From positions 186,001 through 228,853 of the forward strand of contig KZ538020.1 of assembly GCA_000934665.2 (NCBI GenBank): DNA of 42,853 nt, in the 5' to 3' direction. This stretch comes from Catajapyx aquilonaris. Lineage: Eukaryota. A program made the translations under genes and the position numbers. The notes under the pieces were generated by a model that saw only the letters and a program-made list of their open reading frames with translations, was not told the origin of the DNA and searched no databases. Of the stretch, positions 1-14,274 are shown in pieces. Each line of letters begins with the position of its first letter. Positions within the stretch are counted from its first letter, which is position 1.

Positions 1-2385
1 TGCTCTCCCAAGTGCTGAAGAGCAGTTTCTCAGAGGAAATAAGCGCCTGGGAAGTGTAATGGTGAGGGGTGGTGGAGCCTAGTTTTGTAGTTTTGTGCGG
101 CCGTACGTTGTCCAGAAGCGAGTTGGGACCATAATGAGCGCAAACGATGTACAGGTGCGGAGAAAGAGGTGGGGAGGTAGTAGGCAGGGTAGGGCCCGTA
201 TTTCCTGGTGCATGGGATGCAGGCTGGCGCGCCCTCTTGCCGCGATTTATGCCTCAGTTCCTCTGCGCGACTAATTCCAACAACCTATTCATTTCGCCAG
301 GTGGCCCCTCCGCCGCCATTTGCCCCTTTTTGGTCCTCCATTTGTTGCACCTCCTGCATGCGCCACCCAAGACAAGAGTAATACGTCCGCACTTTTGACC
401 ATACCCGGCAACGGATGATCATGTTCGCTCATATCAGACCTGCCCCTGGAACAAGATGTGCCCGGGGGCACCACTTAAGATAAGGGCTAGGGGGCGGCGG
501 GGTTCATTAGCCACGTCTTGACTGATTACGTGCGGGGGTCAGAGTGAGACATTGCATTGTGGGGGAGGTGGCTGGATGAAAAGAAGCGGACTTGTAATGG
601 GGGATTTGTTCAGCGCACGTACCTGGGCGTAGCCAGGGAAGGGGTGCTGCACGCCAATTTGTGCACTATTTATCTCTACAAATCATCTCCTTTCAACAAC
701 GTGGCTCAAATGTAGAAAATTGAGGAGAAGGGTTGGTGAGGTCTCACGCTAACTTGATGATTGTGGATGGAAGTATTTTTTATGACTCATATTTCGGGAG
801 GGTCAATATTGGAGCATGCACCACCTTATAAGCAATAATAATAATTTGTGGTTTTAATTGATAGTTCAGAACAAGCTATATTGTCTACCCCACGTAACCA
901 TATTCTTGAGAATGTCGTCACGCATAAGTTTAACCGCCTGTTCACCTTATCACACAGTCCGTCACGACACCCTCAAACATCATTTTCCTGTATACCTTTA
1001 CAAGCCATTACACCAGATGACTTACAAGCTTAAGCAGCATTATAATAGGAGTTCTGTTAAATTTATCATTATTGTTTGCTGGATTTGTTTTTTTCCTCTC
1101 ATGATACCGTGCCATACAGCAAACATGGTTCACTTTTTGAAGATATCCTCTTTGCTCTACAAAATAGTCGTCACATGTCCATACCATGCTATGTGGACAT
1201 GGGAATTCTTTATGCGTGAAGCGTTCTTCCGAAGTGTGAGGGAAGGTGTGAAACGTGCTGCTGTGGAGTATACGCCATGGTTTGGTAACTCTGTTGCGGC
1301 CAAGGCGAGTCTGAGGCAGGGGCTGGCGAAAAAGGGGTGTGGGGGGAGGACTTGTAAAGAGAGAGGGAGAGGGAGGGAGAAAAGGGGAGGGAGAGGAGAG
1401 GGCGAGGGTGGTAAGGGTGGTGGGGAAGGGAAGGGAAAAACGCCTTGATTTACACGCCCACGGTCTTGCTACAAAATGAAGCTATAGCTTAAACGCCGAA
1501 TACGTTTTTCTAAGTGGCGGTTTAATATAGCAGGCTAGTCCCAAACATCTCGGGGCGTGCAGATCATAAATTGCTTAATGCACGTAAGGCAGCACTTTCC
1601 ACCGCTCATTTAAAATGGCTTATCATTAAATGGAGCATAATTTACTGGACGTTTTGATATACAAACAATCTTTAATGAAATTCCTGGTCTTCATTAATAA
1701 CGCATTATCCTCGTAAGGTGAATTACAGCAGCTCCGTAAACGTTTGGTCCGGGATAATTCTAACCCGCCTGACACCGGCAATTAGAAACATGGGGCATTA
1801 TCAAAATACGATACGGAGCACGCAACGCTAATTATAAACCAATGCCCACACCACAAATCTATTGCCCCAAAGCTGCTCCTGAAAACGCGGGCGTCGTTAG
1901 CAGAATTTGAGGCAGACATTTACTTATTTGGCGCAAAGTAATTGATTCCGGCGCGGCCTCAGTGGCCATGAGGCGGAACAGGACGCCAGTTGGTACCTAC
2001 AACAGCAAAGAAGAAAGGCTGCATAACTAAGCCTCCCCCCCCCCTTCTAACTCTCCCCCACCATCTACCCTTTGCCTTTGCCGCCATAAAACACAACGAC
2101 CTGCAACTATCCCCAAACGCTGCAAATTAGCCCGCTTTACGTCCCGAGAGCCGCGAATTATACACGTCATCAGGTGCGAAAGTGCTGCTTTTGCCCCCGG
2201 TGTGCCTGCATGTGCGCAGACCAATCGCGGCTACCACTTTTCTTTGAAAGCATCTTGTCCTGTTAATCATGGACAGTGGTGCTCCTTACAGGTGGTGAAG
2301 GGAAGAAATTGTAGCAGAGCGTGGTTGTTGGTCAACTAGGATAATAGGGAACATGGTCTTAGAATAATAAGGTCTGGACACTCCC

Positions 2386-2653
2386 TCTTATCTCCTGCCG
2401 GGGCGTTTTGCATGAGGTGCTCACTTGAGAGCGCCATGCGACAGCTTTTTTCTGCTCAATTACGTGGCGACCCCTACCGGACTACGCTGAACTAAGGTAG
2501 AAGAGAAGCCGCTACATGCGGTCCCAACATGGCCTATTTGTACCTATAAAGTTCAGCGTAGTCCTGTAGGGTCGCCACATAATAGAGCAGTGAAAGGTCT
2601 CATGGCGCTCTCAGGTGAGCATCTCATGAAAAACGCCCCGGCAGGCGATAAGA
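2386..2653. mobile_element. Foldback / MITE-like inverted-repeat element
   Basis: Imperfect arms of ~105 bp (tcttatctcctgccggggcgttt...ctacgctgaact versus agttcagcgtag...aaacgccccggcaggcgataaga). Superfamily unclear. Confidence 0.7.
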
Positions 2654-3923
2654 TAAGATTGTAGGGGAAGTGTCCGGGGGCTGATAGGGAAGAAGGCTTC
2701 TTACAGCCCTTGTGTGAAAATGTCCACTAGATGGCGCTGGGGCGGTGCAACGAGCAGCCTCATCCTGGAGTGCACGCAACCATTCAGCCTTTCTTGTGCA
2801 ACGGGGCGCATACATGGCAGGATACATTTTAATAATTTTGGTTGACTCCATCTTTTGAGCAGCGAAGCAAGGAAAGGTCTTGAGCACTAGAAATATGGGA
2901 CTCCAGGCCTGTATGAAGAAGAGAGTGGGGAAATTGGTGCTTGGCTGATGGGCCTCGATTTGTCATCTCTCGGGGGATGGGAGGGAGGAATGCCATGAGC
3001 TCTGGGTTTGGCGCCATGCAGAGGATGATGATTTGGGAATCGGAGCCTGATTGCCCTGCGGAGACCTCTTCTTTTTAATCCGAATGCGGCCGACGAGCAA
3101 GCATTAGTCCTCACGCGCCATTTAACCAGCCTCTGCCAGAACACCGCTTCTCACCTGATTCGCGCTCATTTGGCGCCCACGAGATATGAGGGGCTGCCCT
3201 TGCCGCAAATGAGGCCTTCCACCTCTTTCTTTCCCCCCCTTCTCTCTCCTCTCTTTTCTTTACTCTTCTCCTCAGGCCTCATTTTTATCTTTGCAAGCCA
3301 CCGAGTTTTCATTGGGCGCCACTTGGGCCTGGGACAATCTGCTCCCACGCCAACTACCCGTGTAACCTCCTCCTCCCCCCCATAAAATGCGGGAACCAAT
3401 TCCCTTTTATTCAATTTGTAGCCCTACTTCTCATTAGCCCTATACCATTTCATTTAACCTAAAAAATGGCAGTCATTTTTAAAATTAAGTACGCCTCATT
3501 CGAGCGACTCAAATTGAACAGTCTAATCCAGAACATAGTTGAATTTAAATGAAGCCCATATAAATTATCGAAATTGCCGACGGATAGGGTGGCATGGAGG
3601 GGTGGGGGAGAGGGAGGGAGGAGGGAGATGGAAAGGGGCGGGAGGAGGGGGTTGAATGGATATCCGACCACAAATTCCGTTCTTTTGCTGCGCTCGTACG
3701 TGGTGCTCAAGATCTTGCGCTCTTCTCAGGTTTTTGCGACTCATCACAAGTTTTGCTCAATTGTTTGCGAAAAATAGCGAACGTTTCCGTGATTCCCAAT
3801 GGCGTTTGCGCAGAATCTGTGTGTAACCAAACACGATGTGAATGCAAAACCAGCGTTGCCATGCAGTTAAGGAAATGTACTGGGTGTCACAAAAATATGA
3901 CCACATCCTTATCAGCACATTGA

Positions 3924-4278
3924 GGGGAGGTGTGGTGGCCGAGATGGTAACGTCCCGGCTTGCTGAGTGAAAGGCCCCAGGTTCGATCCCTCCTGGGGAA
4001 CTTTCCTTTCACCTGCGTCAGGAGGGTCTCTGACCTGCACCAAGGAGGTGTCTGGCAACTTAACCTCCTGGGGAACAGCACATGACCCATAGCTACGACA
4101 TTGCACCTTGCACCCATGTTCCCTCCCCAAAAATCCCTATCCTTTCCCATTGTCCCTGTTTCCTTGCACCGGAGAATGAAGCTGAAAATATATACAGAAA
4201 ACGGATGGTGGTATGCCACCCCCTATAGCACTCGTAAGGGTCATCACGGGGTAAACTAAATAAAAAATAAATAAATAA
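3924..4278 (+). mobile_element. tRNA-derived SINE, family 1, full length
   Basis: Pol III A box (TGGCCGAGATGG), B box (GGTTCGATCCC) and A-rich tail. A 15-bp TSD ttatc(a/g)gcacattga lies at 3909-3923 and 4279-4293. A second copy is at 20068. Confidence 0.9.
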
Positions 4279-5303
4279 TTATCGGCACATTGACATCTGG
4301 CACCTAATATAATATATTAGTTGTATCATTTTTTGGAAAATAAAAATAAAAATTGAAATATCACACAAGCCATCATTCCCACCAACCTATGGATGTTTGC
4401 ATCGCCCATAGTACTCGTATATACGAATATGAGCCTTACTAGTCAGCATGCGCAATTTTTTTCCCCCCAGGAGAGGTGAAACGAAAACATTTTCACCTAC
4501 GAACATACAGTAGCAAAGATATTGCATATACACTGAACAAATTGCCCCCGAGCGCTGCATTTATTACTTATTACTTCGCAATACTTGTGGTTATGGCACT
4601 AACAGCGATTATTAAATTTTGTGCCTTGTAATTAGATTTTTTTCCCCCCTACCAAAGGTTGCACGCACGCATTTCAGTAGCTTTCCCACTTAGCTCTATT
4701 ACCAAGAGTAGTGTGTTTTTGTTCCGCATTACTTGATTTTTCTACCCCTCTCCACGTCTGTTGCTAGAACCCGTCCTGCAAATTCTGTTTCTACCTCTCC
4801 ATTTTTATGGAATTTAGCCGCGGAGGAAGATCTGCTCTGGTGTATGGTAAGCGAATTTTGCGCGCGATCAGAGCGCCACAAAGTTGTTTCTGGCGCTTGT
4901 GAGCCTAGAGCCGAGATTTGGGCAGGGAGCGGAAAGTAGCGGTGGGGCGGGAAGATTTAATTAGGCAAAAAGGACTGACGGACCTGTAGGCGGCTGCAAA
5001 AGGGCGGATCCCAACCCAGGGAAAAAAATATATACTTTGCTGGGGGGAGGGCAGGGTGGGAAGGCTCAGTGGGCTGCGATTTTTCACCGACCTAAGGGTC
5101 ATCGCGTGATAATTATTTCTACCATTAATTTTTTTTGTGTGTGCCTCGCCTGGAGTATTCCCTCGGTGTTGCTGGCGGACGAGGTCATAGAGGTGTGGGG
5201 GTGTCAGGCGATAGGGAACCGGGCGTAAACCTTCGCATATTTCAATGGATTCAAGTTCTACATTGCTTCACTGCTATTTTGCACAAATATTCTTTATATT
5301 TTG

Positions 5304-5450
5304 ACAGACCGTGGCCGAAACTTTGCTTCTAAAGTTATGGAAGGCATACACACCCTTCTTCGGGTGAAAGCTTTGCAAACGACAACTTATCATCCAGCAG
5401 CCAATGGTCTGGTAGAAAGATTTAACCGTACACTATGTGATATGCTAAGT
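5304..5450 (+). pseudogene. LTR-retrotransposon (Gypsy-like) integrase core fragment
   Basis: TDRGRNFASKVM...TTTYHPAANGLVERFNRTLCDML contains the second D and the E of the rve DDE motif. No flanking pol sequence. Confidence 0.88.
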
Positions 5451-7043
5451 CTTATATTTATTAGCCCAACACGTCTAAACAGCGGATGCCAAATTATACT
5501 TAGTGCATGACAGGCATTTTCCATCCCCAGTCTTACAGTACTCACATGTGACAATCCTACACAATGTTGCTCCGAGGGCCTGTAAAGACCGTTGTTAAAC
5601 AGGATTTGGCGAGCTTATTAACATGGCAATAGTGTTGCTTTTGATTCCGTAGAAATCCCTGGGAAAAGAAAAGCGTTGGGTGTAATTACAAGGGGCCTAG
5701 AGTGGTGTATGGCGCAGGTAGGATGTGGAGGACGGAGTCGGCGGCAGATTTTGTTTACCCCGCCAAAAGAAGCAGAAGAGGCTGGCTTATTCATAAATTT
5801 TGTGGGCTGGGGGAGAGGGAAACAAGCCTTGAGGCTGTGGCGTTAAGTGCTGGCGGATCCTGTCCGCTTGCTGCGAAATGCTCTCGATACATTAGTTGCC
5901 CGAGTTTGGAGCCCTTAAATGTATAGCCTAATGCTTCTCCATATCGTCCAAATCCACCCATAATTTATAAGATATAGGATGAATTATGCGGCGGCTTACC
6001 CGGGATTTGAGGGGGTAGACTCCTGGTGAGACGGTCTGGGGAAATGTGTAAAGAGGTTTCCCCTCCATCCCCCTCAACACGCCCTCCTCTCCCCACCTCC
6101 CTTTCCTCCACTTTCCTCTGCCCCTACCCTTTATACACCCTCCCTCCCTCCTCGCCTTCTCTCGAGCCTTTTCGCATCCCCGAAATTTTTGCCCCTGACC
6201 CGGGTCTTTGCAGCACTCAGCGATGTAATTATGTGTGCTTTTGAACACAGATTAACGTACTGAGGGTTTGAGGTGCACTTTTCTTTCGTAATGTCCTGGT
6301 GCCCCGGGGCTTTCCATGCAGCGGGCTAGCAGTGCCATATATTAAATCGGTTGCCGTTTCTCAAAATGTATGGCCATGGCGTTAAATGGTGTTAATAATT
6401 GCACTATACAAACAAGTACTTCAATAATTGTCACTCCTGATTTTCTGGGTGAATATATTGGCACCATAGGGAGTGATAAAGAAGCTGCATATATTCCTGG
6501 CATAGCTACACTCGGAATACCCGAACTCAAGGCTGTATACGCCTAGCTGATTTACGGCAATGCTGGAAAATATTGGTTTGGAGCTAAAATTATCACGCCT
6601 TCCTTCCCAGCGAAAAATTCTGGGGGGGGGGGGGNNNGGGGGCTGCAGGAGTGATCTGTGAGTCCTGGGGTTGTGTATAAAAAGCCTCCCATTCGCTTTT
6701 ACGAGGCGGCCTTATGTAAGAGGCACTTTGCATCCCACTCAAAACATGTTTCATGCAAGGAAGGGAGGGGAGGGGGGGAAAAAAACTGGGGGCGTTTATC
6801 AGTGATTAGGTCTATAAATGTCGAAAGGTAATGTCGATGGCCGTTTACGAGGCATTAAATTATTTCGATAAGATTTTACTAACAGTTTAAAGGCGGGCCT
6901 TGAAGTGAGATTTACCGGGTTGGGATTTTTTCTTCCTGAGCAGCTGATGGGGCCCTGGAGATGTAGGCTTTACTCAAAACACGTTCCTTTTTTTCTTCTT
7001 ACTCGTGTATTTTTTATGCAATAAGTGGTATCTTTTTTTGCAG

Positions 7044-7207
7044 GTTCTGCTGCCCACTCGGTCGCTGCCTTTCGAAGTAGAGCAGATTCTGGTGGCTCCA
7101 AATGGGACGCGTCTTCTGCTGGTTGGTTCCAAGGGGTTGATGGTTCTGCAGGTACCGCCCAGATGGTCCTTTCCGGCGCAGGAAGAGAAGGAGCAAATAT
7201 CATGCAG
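7044..7207 (+). CDS. Nup88: Nup88 internal coding exon A (first recognisable exon; upstream exon(s) not found)
   Basis: Polypyrimidine tttttttgcag acceptor and AG|gtaggt donor. Encodes VLLPTRSLPFEVEQILVAPNGTRLLLVGSKGLMVLQVPPRW, similar to recalled human NUP88 FEIYQVLLSPT..ALIGIKGLMVLELPKRW. Its phase-2 end fits the exon at 18232. Confidence 0.88.
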
Positions 7208-10200
7208 GTAGGTTAATTGCGTATGGATATTTTTGCTGTTAATCACGACTGTCTGTGTAAGACTACCCACAATGGAGTCCTTGTGGCTGCAACATCCCAA
7301 CCAGCAATGTAGGAGGGCCCCATCAGAATGCAAGAAGACGGAGAGATAGGAAAAATAATCTTGGCCCGAAGGTTAGCGAGAAAAGCAGTGTGAAGTAATG
7401 GCACGCTGGACTATAGCCTCGCAGCCGCAATAATATCGGGGCGGGTGAGGGGTAGGAATGGTGATGAATTCGTGAAAATTGTGTATTAGGCCAGCGGGGT
7501 TTGCCTGTGAGAGTAATGCGAAGAGTCCTCCACCACCACCACCACCTCTCTCCTCCTTCTCCACGGCTGAAGCCCCATCCTTCTTATTGCTGATTACCAG
7601 AGCATCAAGAGGAGGAAAGGAAGCGAGTTGGGCAAAGTTTGCCACTTTGCGACTCCGCCCTTCATGTACCCACTTTTGCTACGAGGTGGGAAAGAAGAAA
7701 CAAGCCAGATTACTCTGAAGATTTTCTCCTTGTAGTGGGAAGTAAGTCTGGGTGGAAATTGGAGCCAAATATCGAAGGAGAGAAGCTCAGCAGAATGGAC
7801 GTGGAAATCCTTGCGGGCGGTTCGCAGCCCTGCATCTTATTATTGTGGCCTCTTGGCGGGGCTCGCAGCTAATCCCGCCCGGCAAAAGATTACTGCCTTT
7901 TGAATAGTCTGCCAAGCCAGCGGGCTTATTCTTCGCACTCGTTCCTGGCACTCTGCTCAGGGGCCTGCTTCGCCCCTTAATGGCCCTGTCCCCACCTGCT
8001 AAGCCCCGCACTCAAACTTTGTACAAGCTAACGGCCCAAAAACCCACTCTTACTTCGCCAACGGAATCATCATCTTCTTCTATTCCCTTCCCCCCATCAG
8101 CACACCCCCCCTTTTGATTTTTCTGGGGCCGAAGCTTCCACCTGATGGACCCAAAAGCTCGACTCAACCTCATTGATGCCGGGCTCTCAACTGGCTTTTC
8201 CACGTGCCAATTGCCCCTCGTCACTAACTTCCTCTCCAACCCACTCTTTGCCCACTTTTTGCACCAGCTTTGCCGGAGCAGTTTGCCAACAAATACGTTG
8301 TAACTCTTCTTCTATCGTGCACTGGGAGCAATCGGTACTCTTTGGGACGATGGAATTTTTTTCTGGTTCGGGCCAGCCGCAGCAACAGTATAAAATAAAC
8401 CTTTATAGTGGAAGCCATTTTGACGTCACAACAGTGTGTTGCACAAGGTCGAATTTGTGTCGTCAATGGCAATAGAATGCACGATACCCAAATGTGGGGC
8501 TCATGAGTGTGGGGTACACAAGATTCTTATGACCGACGTTGGCAGACCAGACCATATCGCATAAATTGTGCAAGGTTTTCTTCAAAAAGAGTTTATTAAG
8601 TATTCAAATAAAACAGAGAACACAGAACATCTGGCGTACACAATCATCAGCACTCTGGCACGCTGAATGCTAAACCCCACTTAATAGAGTGACATACTCC
8701 GTGGATGGCCCCCTTGATTACATTCAGCACCTCTTTTCAATTAGGGAAATTGAATCGTCAGTATTTATACTGTGCTTTGCCCCTGCCTTTACACTGGTCT
8801 CTAGAATACGTTTCTTAATTTATTTTTTTAAGGGATGGGGCACAGAGATTAACCAGTTCGAATTGCGCCTTTGCACATGAAACGGAATCAGATCTTGAGC
8901 CCCGTAACAGTTAGGCCTTGGTGATTTGGACCAGGCAGATAAATACAAAATAAAATGTGATAAGAGAGGGGGGGGGGGGTGGAGGAGAAGGAAAGGCAGC
9001 AAGGATGATGGGCGAGAAGCTTTATCTGCGGAGCTAATGGCCGGTGGAAGGCGTCGGGCCAATCAGGACCCATCAATGGCAATGGTTGCGATCCAAGAAG
9101 GGCAAACGGCGGCAATTATTCGGGGCGCCGAGTGAGTCCGGAAGAGAAGAGAGTGATCCCCAACTCTTCCCTTCTGCCCTAAAGATGCGGGGATAAATGT
9201 TAATAGGCTATTGGGGAGGAGCATGGCCGGCGGGTGGTGGGTGGATAGGAGGGGGTAAAGGGAAGAAGGAATCATTGCCATTGCCCGCCCAGATCTGAAA
9301 TCCGCGCCCGCCTAATGATAGGCTGCTCCATTTGCCATCTCACTGCGGATCGCGCCCGTCTTTTGTTTCCTGAATAAAGCAGGGCCTGGTCCGCATCTCA
9401 TCCGATAGATGACAAGAATGGCGCCGGAGGACTAGCCCCTGCAGACAAATGCGTGCCAGCTAGGCGTCTCTAGCTTATTATGCAGTGTAAATATGGTAGA
9501 CCCTAGAATTAGGAGAAGAATGAAGGTCCCTTGAGCAGGGGGGAGGTCGCTGTGATTAAGCGGGGCATAGGGCAAAGTGACGGTGTCACAGGCTTGAGGA
9601 GCCCGGTGCAATCCCAGAAGCTCCCAACTGCCACTCGACCCACAGGCTCCTTCTGGCTGAAGATCCGGTTAAGGAGAGAAGAAATAACTGGAATCACAGG
9701 AATCAGCTACTTGCATTAATGGGAGACCAACATTTACTCTATTCAACATTTTGAAGTCGGAATCAAAAAATTGACACGGTTTACTTTCTCCGCTTTTCCA
9801 CAGAGACCAAACCTCCCCGAAACGAAACCACTCGTGCGGTTCCGACCCGAATTTTCCCTTTCTCGGTTTTCATTCTCTGTGTACATTTACATGCCTCAGA
9901 CTCGCTCCTGCTCCGTCAAGGGCCGTTGACTGCTTGGGCTACTTAGGTATCGAGGAGTCATCGAGTATAGAAGGGTGACCTTTCCCAATTGGAGGGGCCA
10001 AAACTTGCCAAGGGTGCAAATGGTCCGTGACGCCGAGCAAATTCACCCTGACCTTTTGGGGTTTTTTGGCGGACCAAAGGGGAAGAGTCCGCATGCCCTC
10101 GTTTGGCTGCCTCCTCCGCAAATGTCTTGGGGCAATCTTCTACTATACACAACCTTAGCGCAGGCATCACATTAGTTTCCTCAACTATTTGGTATTTATG

Positions 10201-13200
10201 TAGCCAATAAAGGTGAGGCGATACTGAGGAGCTTCATGATGTGATAAGGTTGTTTCATACAACTGGACACTGCAAAATGTGCATTCTTTCGCTTCACTAA
10301 TCGCCTTTGGAGAAACATTTTGGACCCCTGCTCTCCGTATAATGACACCTCTCCGTTAATGGCACCTCTTCAGATACCAGCTCCAGAAAATCGGTTAATT
10401 CTCGTAAATCTGAACGATGCTAACCGATAAATGATCGATGCTTCCCAAGTTTCCGTCGCTAAGCAAATCAACCCAACTTCCTAGGAGAAACAGAATAAGT
10501 AGCCCATAAAAAAAGACGGGCTGGGAAGAAGGGAATGGAGTGGTGGAGATGGGGAGGAAAGGGGGGGGGGATGTTTACTCAATTCCTCTCCAGGTTTCCT
10601 CCCTCCCCCTGTTCGCCTCTCGCTTTCGGGAAGCAAATGCTGTGGAAAAGGGAGTCCCAAAGGGCAATAAAATAATCGAAGGACAGATTGATCTCCGCTT
10701 TCAGGGCGCTTGATTTTCCTGCGGAATCGGGGAAGTACGAGGGTTCGATTTGCATCTGCGGCTCATTAAGTGGGAAGAATGGCTCCCACGATTCTTCACG
10801 CGGCAGCGACCGATCAGGATGGAAATTGGCCTCAACACACTCTAGGATTTGCTCCGGTTTTTTTCGGAGCCGATATATCGGCTCGTTTGATGTCACTTGA
10901 GGATTCCTATAGGAATGGATACCCTCTTGGACATATAAGGAGCCGGATTCTGCTCTCCAAAAAAATAAATATGCGAGCCAGCCAGCACCGAAGGACCAAT
11001 CATCGACGGTGTGCTGGGAACAAGGTTTCTCCGGTTGCGGTTAGCTTATTATTGCTAACTAGGTTGGTCCGGAGCATGTTTATTCGGGGGAGATGTGCAG
11101 TTAGAGAAGAGAGCCGGCGGAAGGAAGGTTTTATTTGATAAGGTCTGGCTGCCATAAAGATGCCGAAAGTTAATGACAGCAAAGCTCCAGATGGAATTGG
11201 GCCTGGCGAGCGCAGTCTGGCGGAAAACAGGGGGATTAGTCCGGGAGGTCTTTATCAATACGGGGGGGCTCTCCCCTTCTCCTCCCGCCCAAATTCCCTT
11301 GCAAATTAAACATATTAAGGAGATCGCGGCGATAAAAAATTATAAATGTTTCTATTTCAAAGGCCCGGGCCCAGGGAACGAGCTGGGCGGGCGAACTGAG
11401 TCTGCTGCTCTTCTTCTTCTCCTTCTTATACCACCTCCCCTCCCCACCCACCTCCTCCTCCCACCACCCGGGCTTTTCTATCCCCCNCCCCCCGCACTGC
11501 TCTGCCCTTACCTTCGCCTTAATCTGCATACAAAGCCGAAGGCTATAACTCTTTGTCTTTAATGATTCATCAGAGAGAAAAGAAGGGCCAATTATACAGG
11601 GAGGACTAATTACTTGTGGGAATTTCATCAAACTGTTTCGACTTGGAGGCCCACTTTTTGCACTTTTATCAATCCCGTCCTCAATAAGCCTTTATTATTT
11701 GGAGCGTATGTGCACTGTGGTGTATTCTTGGCTGCAATTAAAAACTTGGAGGATCATAAAAGTCTGAGAACTAATGGAAAAGATGGAAATTGAGGTTGGG
11801 TTGCGCGAGGCGGCGGAGGAGGATGAAGGGATGGTGGGGAGGGGGGTGGAGGAATGAGGAGGGGGGGAGTAAATGGAGGAAGGAGGAGGAGGGAGGGGGA
11901 GGAAAAAAGAGGAAGCCCGCTTCTCTTCTTCTCTTTCTCCTCCTCTTGTTCCTCTCGTGGCCTCCAGCTGCCTTTTCCACCCCCTCCTCCCATGCGCAGA
12001 AAAGAGGGCGCTAATTTCTAGTCTCCCCTGATGAATATATTAGCACATGCAAAAAATTCATCTATAGGTATTTATCAAAGCTTGCCATGTATCGCCTAAT
12101 GGAAGTCACTGTCTGCATGCATTTCGAGGCAGTCGACGCGTTTTGTTGGGAGTAAATTCAAATTAAACGGACAGAAGTCAGCCAAGTGGAAGATTTTCTT
12201 TGCCAACAAAGGCGAAAACCATTTGTATCCATATAGGGATTAAGGTGCATTGATTGGCCAAAATTCCTTCAGATGGATATATCAGTTTGGATATCTTTGG
12301 ACCAGCCTCTTCCTCGAAGCGTCATTACCATTGATGGCCAAGTTTGAGTTTTAACAGCTTTGCGTGGGAGGATGTGCCGCCTCTTAATGCTAATCCGGCC
12401 TTGCTTTTCCGAACTGGTAAGTAATCAATATGCTGATCGAGGCTGCTGCACATATAATGGCCAGCAGTTATCTTCTCGGATGCAGAAAAAAAGGGCAGTA
12501 ATGTTGCCCGCTCTCTCGCACAACCTCTTAAGATCTAGCTAAGAGCTTTCCTCTTCGGATGAAAAGAGAGCTAAATAAACGGTATCGCAGAATTTCTAAG
12601 TGAGGAGACTTGATCCTGTCCTTTGTTGTCTTATGTAAACTACATAGCGCACTCAATATTTTCTGTGTCACTCTCTGTAATAATTGTGGGTATTGCATAT
12701 ACAGTGCTGGACATTAATTCCGTCATACTGCTAGCGACATTTTCTGATGCGGCAGACGTGAAAATCGAAGTGATAAGAGTGCGAGCCGTGCGAGTAAGAA
12801 ATGGTAGCCCTTGGGTGACGTCACTGGCTGGGGACAAGCCTTTTCTCCATTGCCCCCCAGCCACTCAAGGCCTACCTCTTCTTACTCGCACGGCTCACAC
12901 TCTATCTCCTAGATTTGCACGTCTGCCGCATAAGAAAATGTCGCAAGCAGTATGACGCGATTAATGTCCGACACTGTACAAGATGGTGTTTATATGACTG
13001 CTTTCCAGTAAGGAGTTAGTACTGTAGTTGAAAGTGACTGCTACTCTTCAAGCCTGAATTGACCGTAATGAGAAGGCAAAGAGTCCCAAGTATAACTTAG
13101 TCATTTTCCAAACGCTCGCTATACTATGCTTATGTGTCCTAAGTACGGTTTTTCAATCTAAAAATTGTTGAGATTTAAAATGTCCATGGACCATGGGCAT

Positions 13201-14274
13201 AACCACATTCGGCAATATCGTGGCCAGAAATGTGCCCTGAATGCACCTGGACGTTGGTTTACATACTAATACACACATTGGCTCCCTTCGCTCTGTAAGG
13301 ATATATAGACCTGTCCCTTGCAGTGCAATCGAGAGGTAGACAATAAAGCAAGGTAAAACTGTAGACTGGAAGATTGTGGGCGTATATGAAGGGGTGGGTG
13401 GGTGGAAGCGCAGTAATCCTCAGCATCTGAAGCAGAAAAAGGACTCGGGGCGAAAAAGAAGAGAGGGGGAGGGGGAAGGGGGAAAAAAAGTGTGCTGCAT
13501 GAGTGAGTGAGTCCGGGCGGCTCCTTTTTGGACCATCGGAGGCCTCACACGCCATTTAACCATCCCGGGGCCTTCTTCTAATTAATTATGCCCTGGGCGA
13601 GGACGAAGAGAAAAGTTAAACAAGGAGGGAGAAGAATAAGGGGGGAGGAGGGGATAAAAGGAGGGGGCACCAATGGCCTGGCGGGGAGCTCGTCTTGGAA
13701 TTGTTTCCTTTTTTTTTATTCTTCCCACCCTCTTCCTATTTCCACCCTCCTCCCCCCATCTCTCTCTCTCTACACTCCCCGCCTTCCCCTACTCACCAGC
13801 CCAACCCTTTCGAGGCGCAGGCAAACTTTGGGATTGGCCACACTTTTTTTAATGTCTTGGCCGGGAATGGATGATGATATGTGAGGAGGATATGGAGGAA
13901 AGTTTCACGTTCAAGTGTGGCCCATAGGAAAAGCACACTGTTATAATGTTTTTGAAACATTTGCATTGACCCTTTTCTGATATATACAGTACAAAAGTTT
14001 TGAAAATACAGTATAGTTTGGTACATAGCAGTTACTTCCGACCTTTTTCTTAATGCTATCGCTTCCATTGCCCTGCAGTGACATGTTGAACCCTTGTCCT
14101 GGAATGCTGCTTGGTCCACGCAGGTCAGTCTCAATGCATGAGCCTGAATCTGACATTCCCTGCTCTGGTTGTAAATGCCAAATAGTGACATATTACCACA
14201 ATAAAATGTATTGGTGCCGAAATTTTTCTGGGGGACACTGGAAACTCCGTTGGAACACTCGTATTCGTTTAGAG

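Noticed and set aside
1191..1310. MWTWEFFMREAFFRSVREGVK...GNSVAAK as a possible Nup88 first exon (faint resemblance to F..LREGLK; possible GC donor AAG|gcgagt)
   Set aside because: Similarity is short and weak, and no linking exon encoding the expected LF.W segment was found between here and 7044. RNA-seq junctions would decide.
4769..4846. Possible small Nup88 exon (...FLWNLAAEEDLLWCM|gtaagc)
   Set aside because: Spacing from the Trp to exon A is much shorter than in recalled orthologues, and there is no other similarity.
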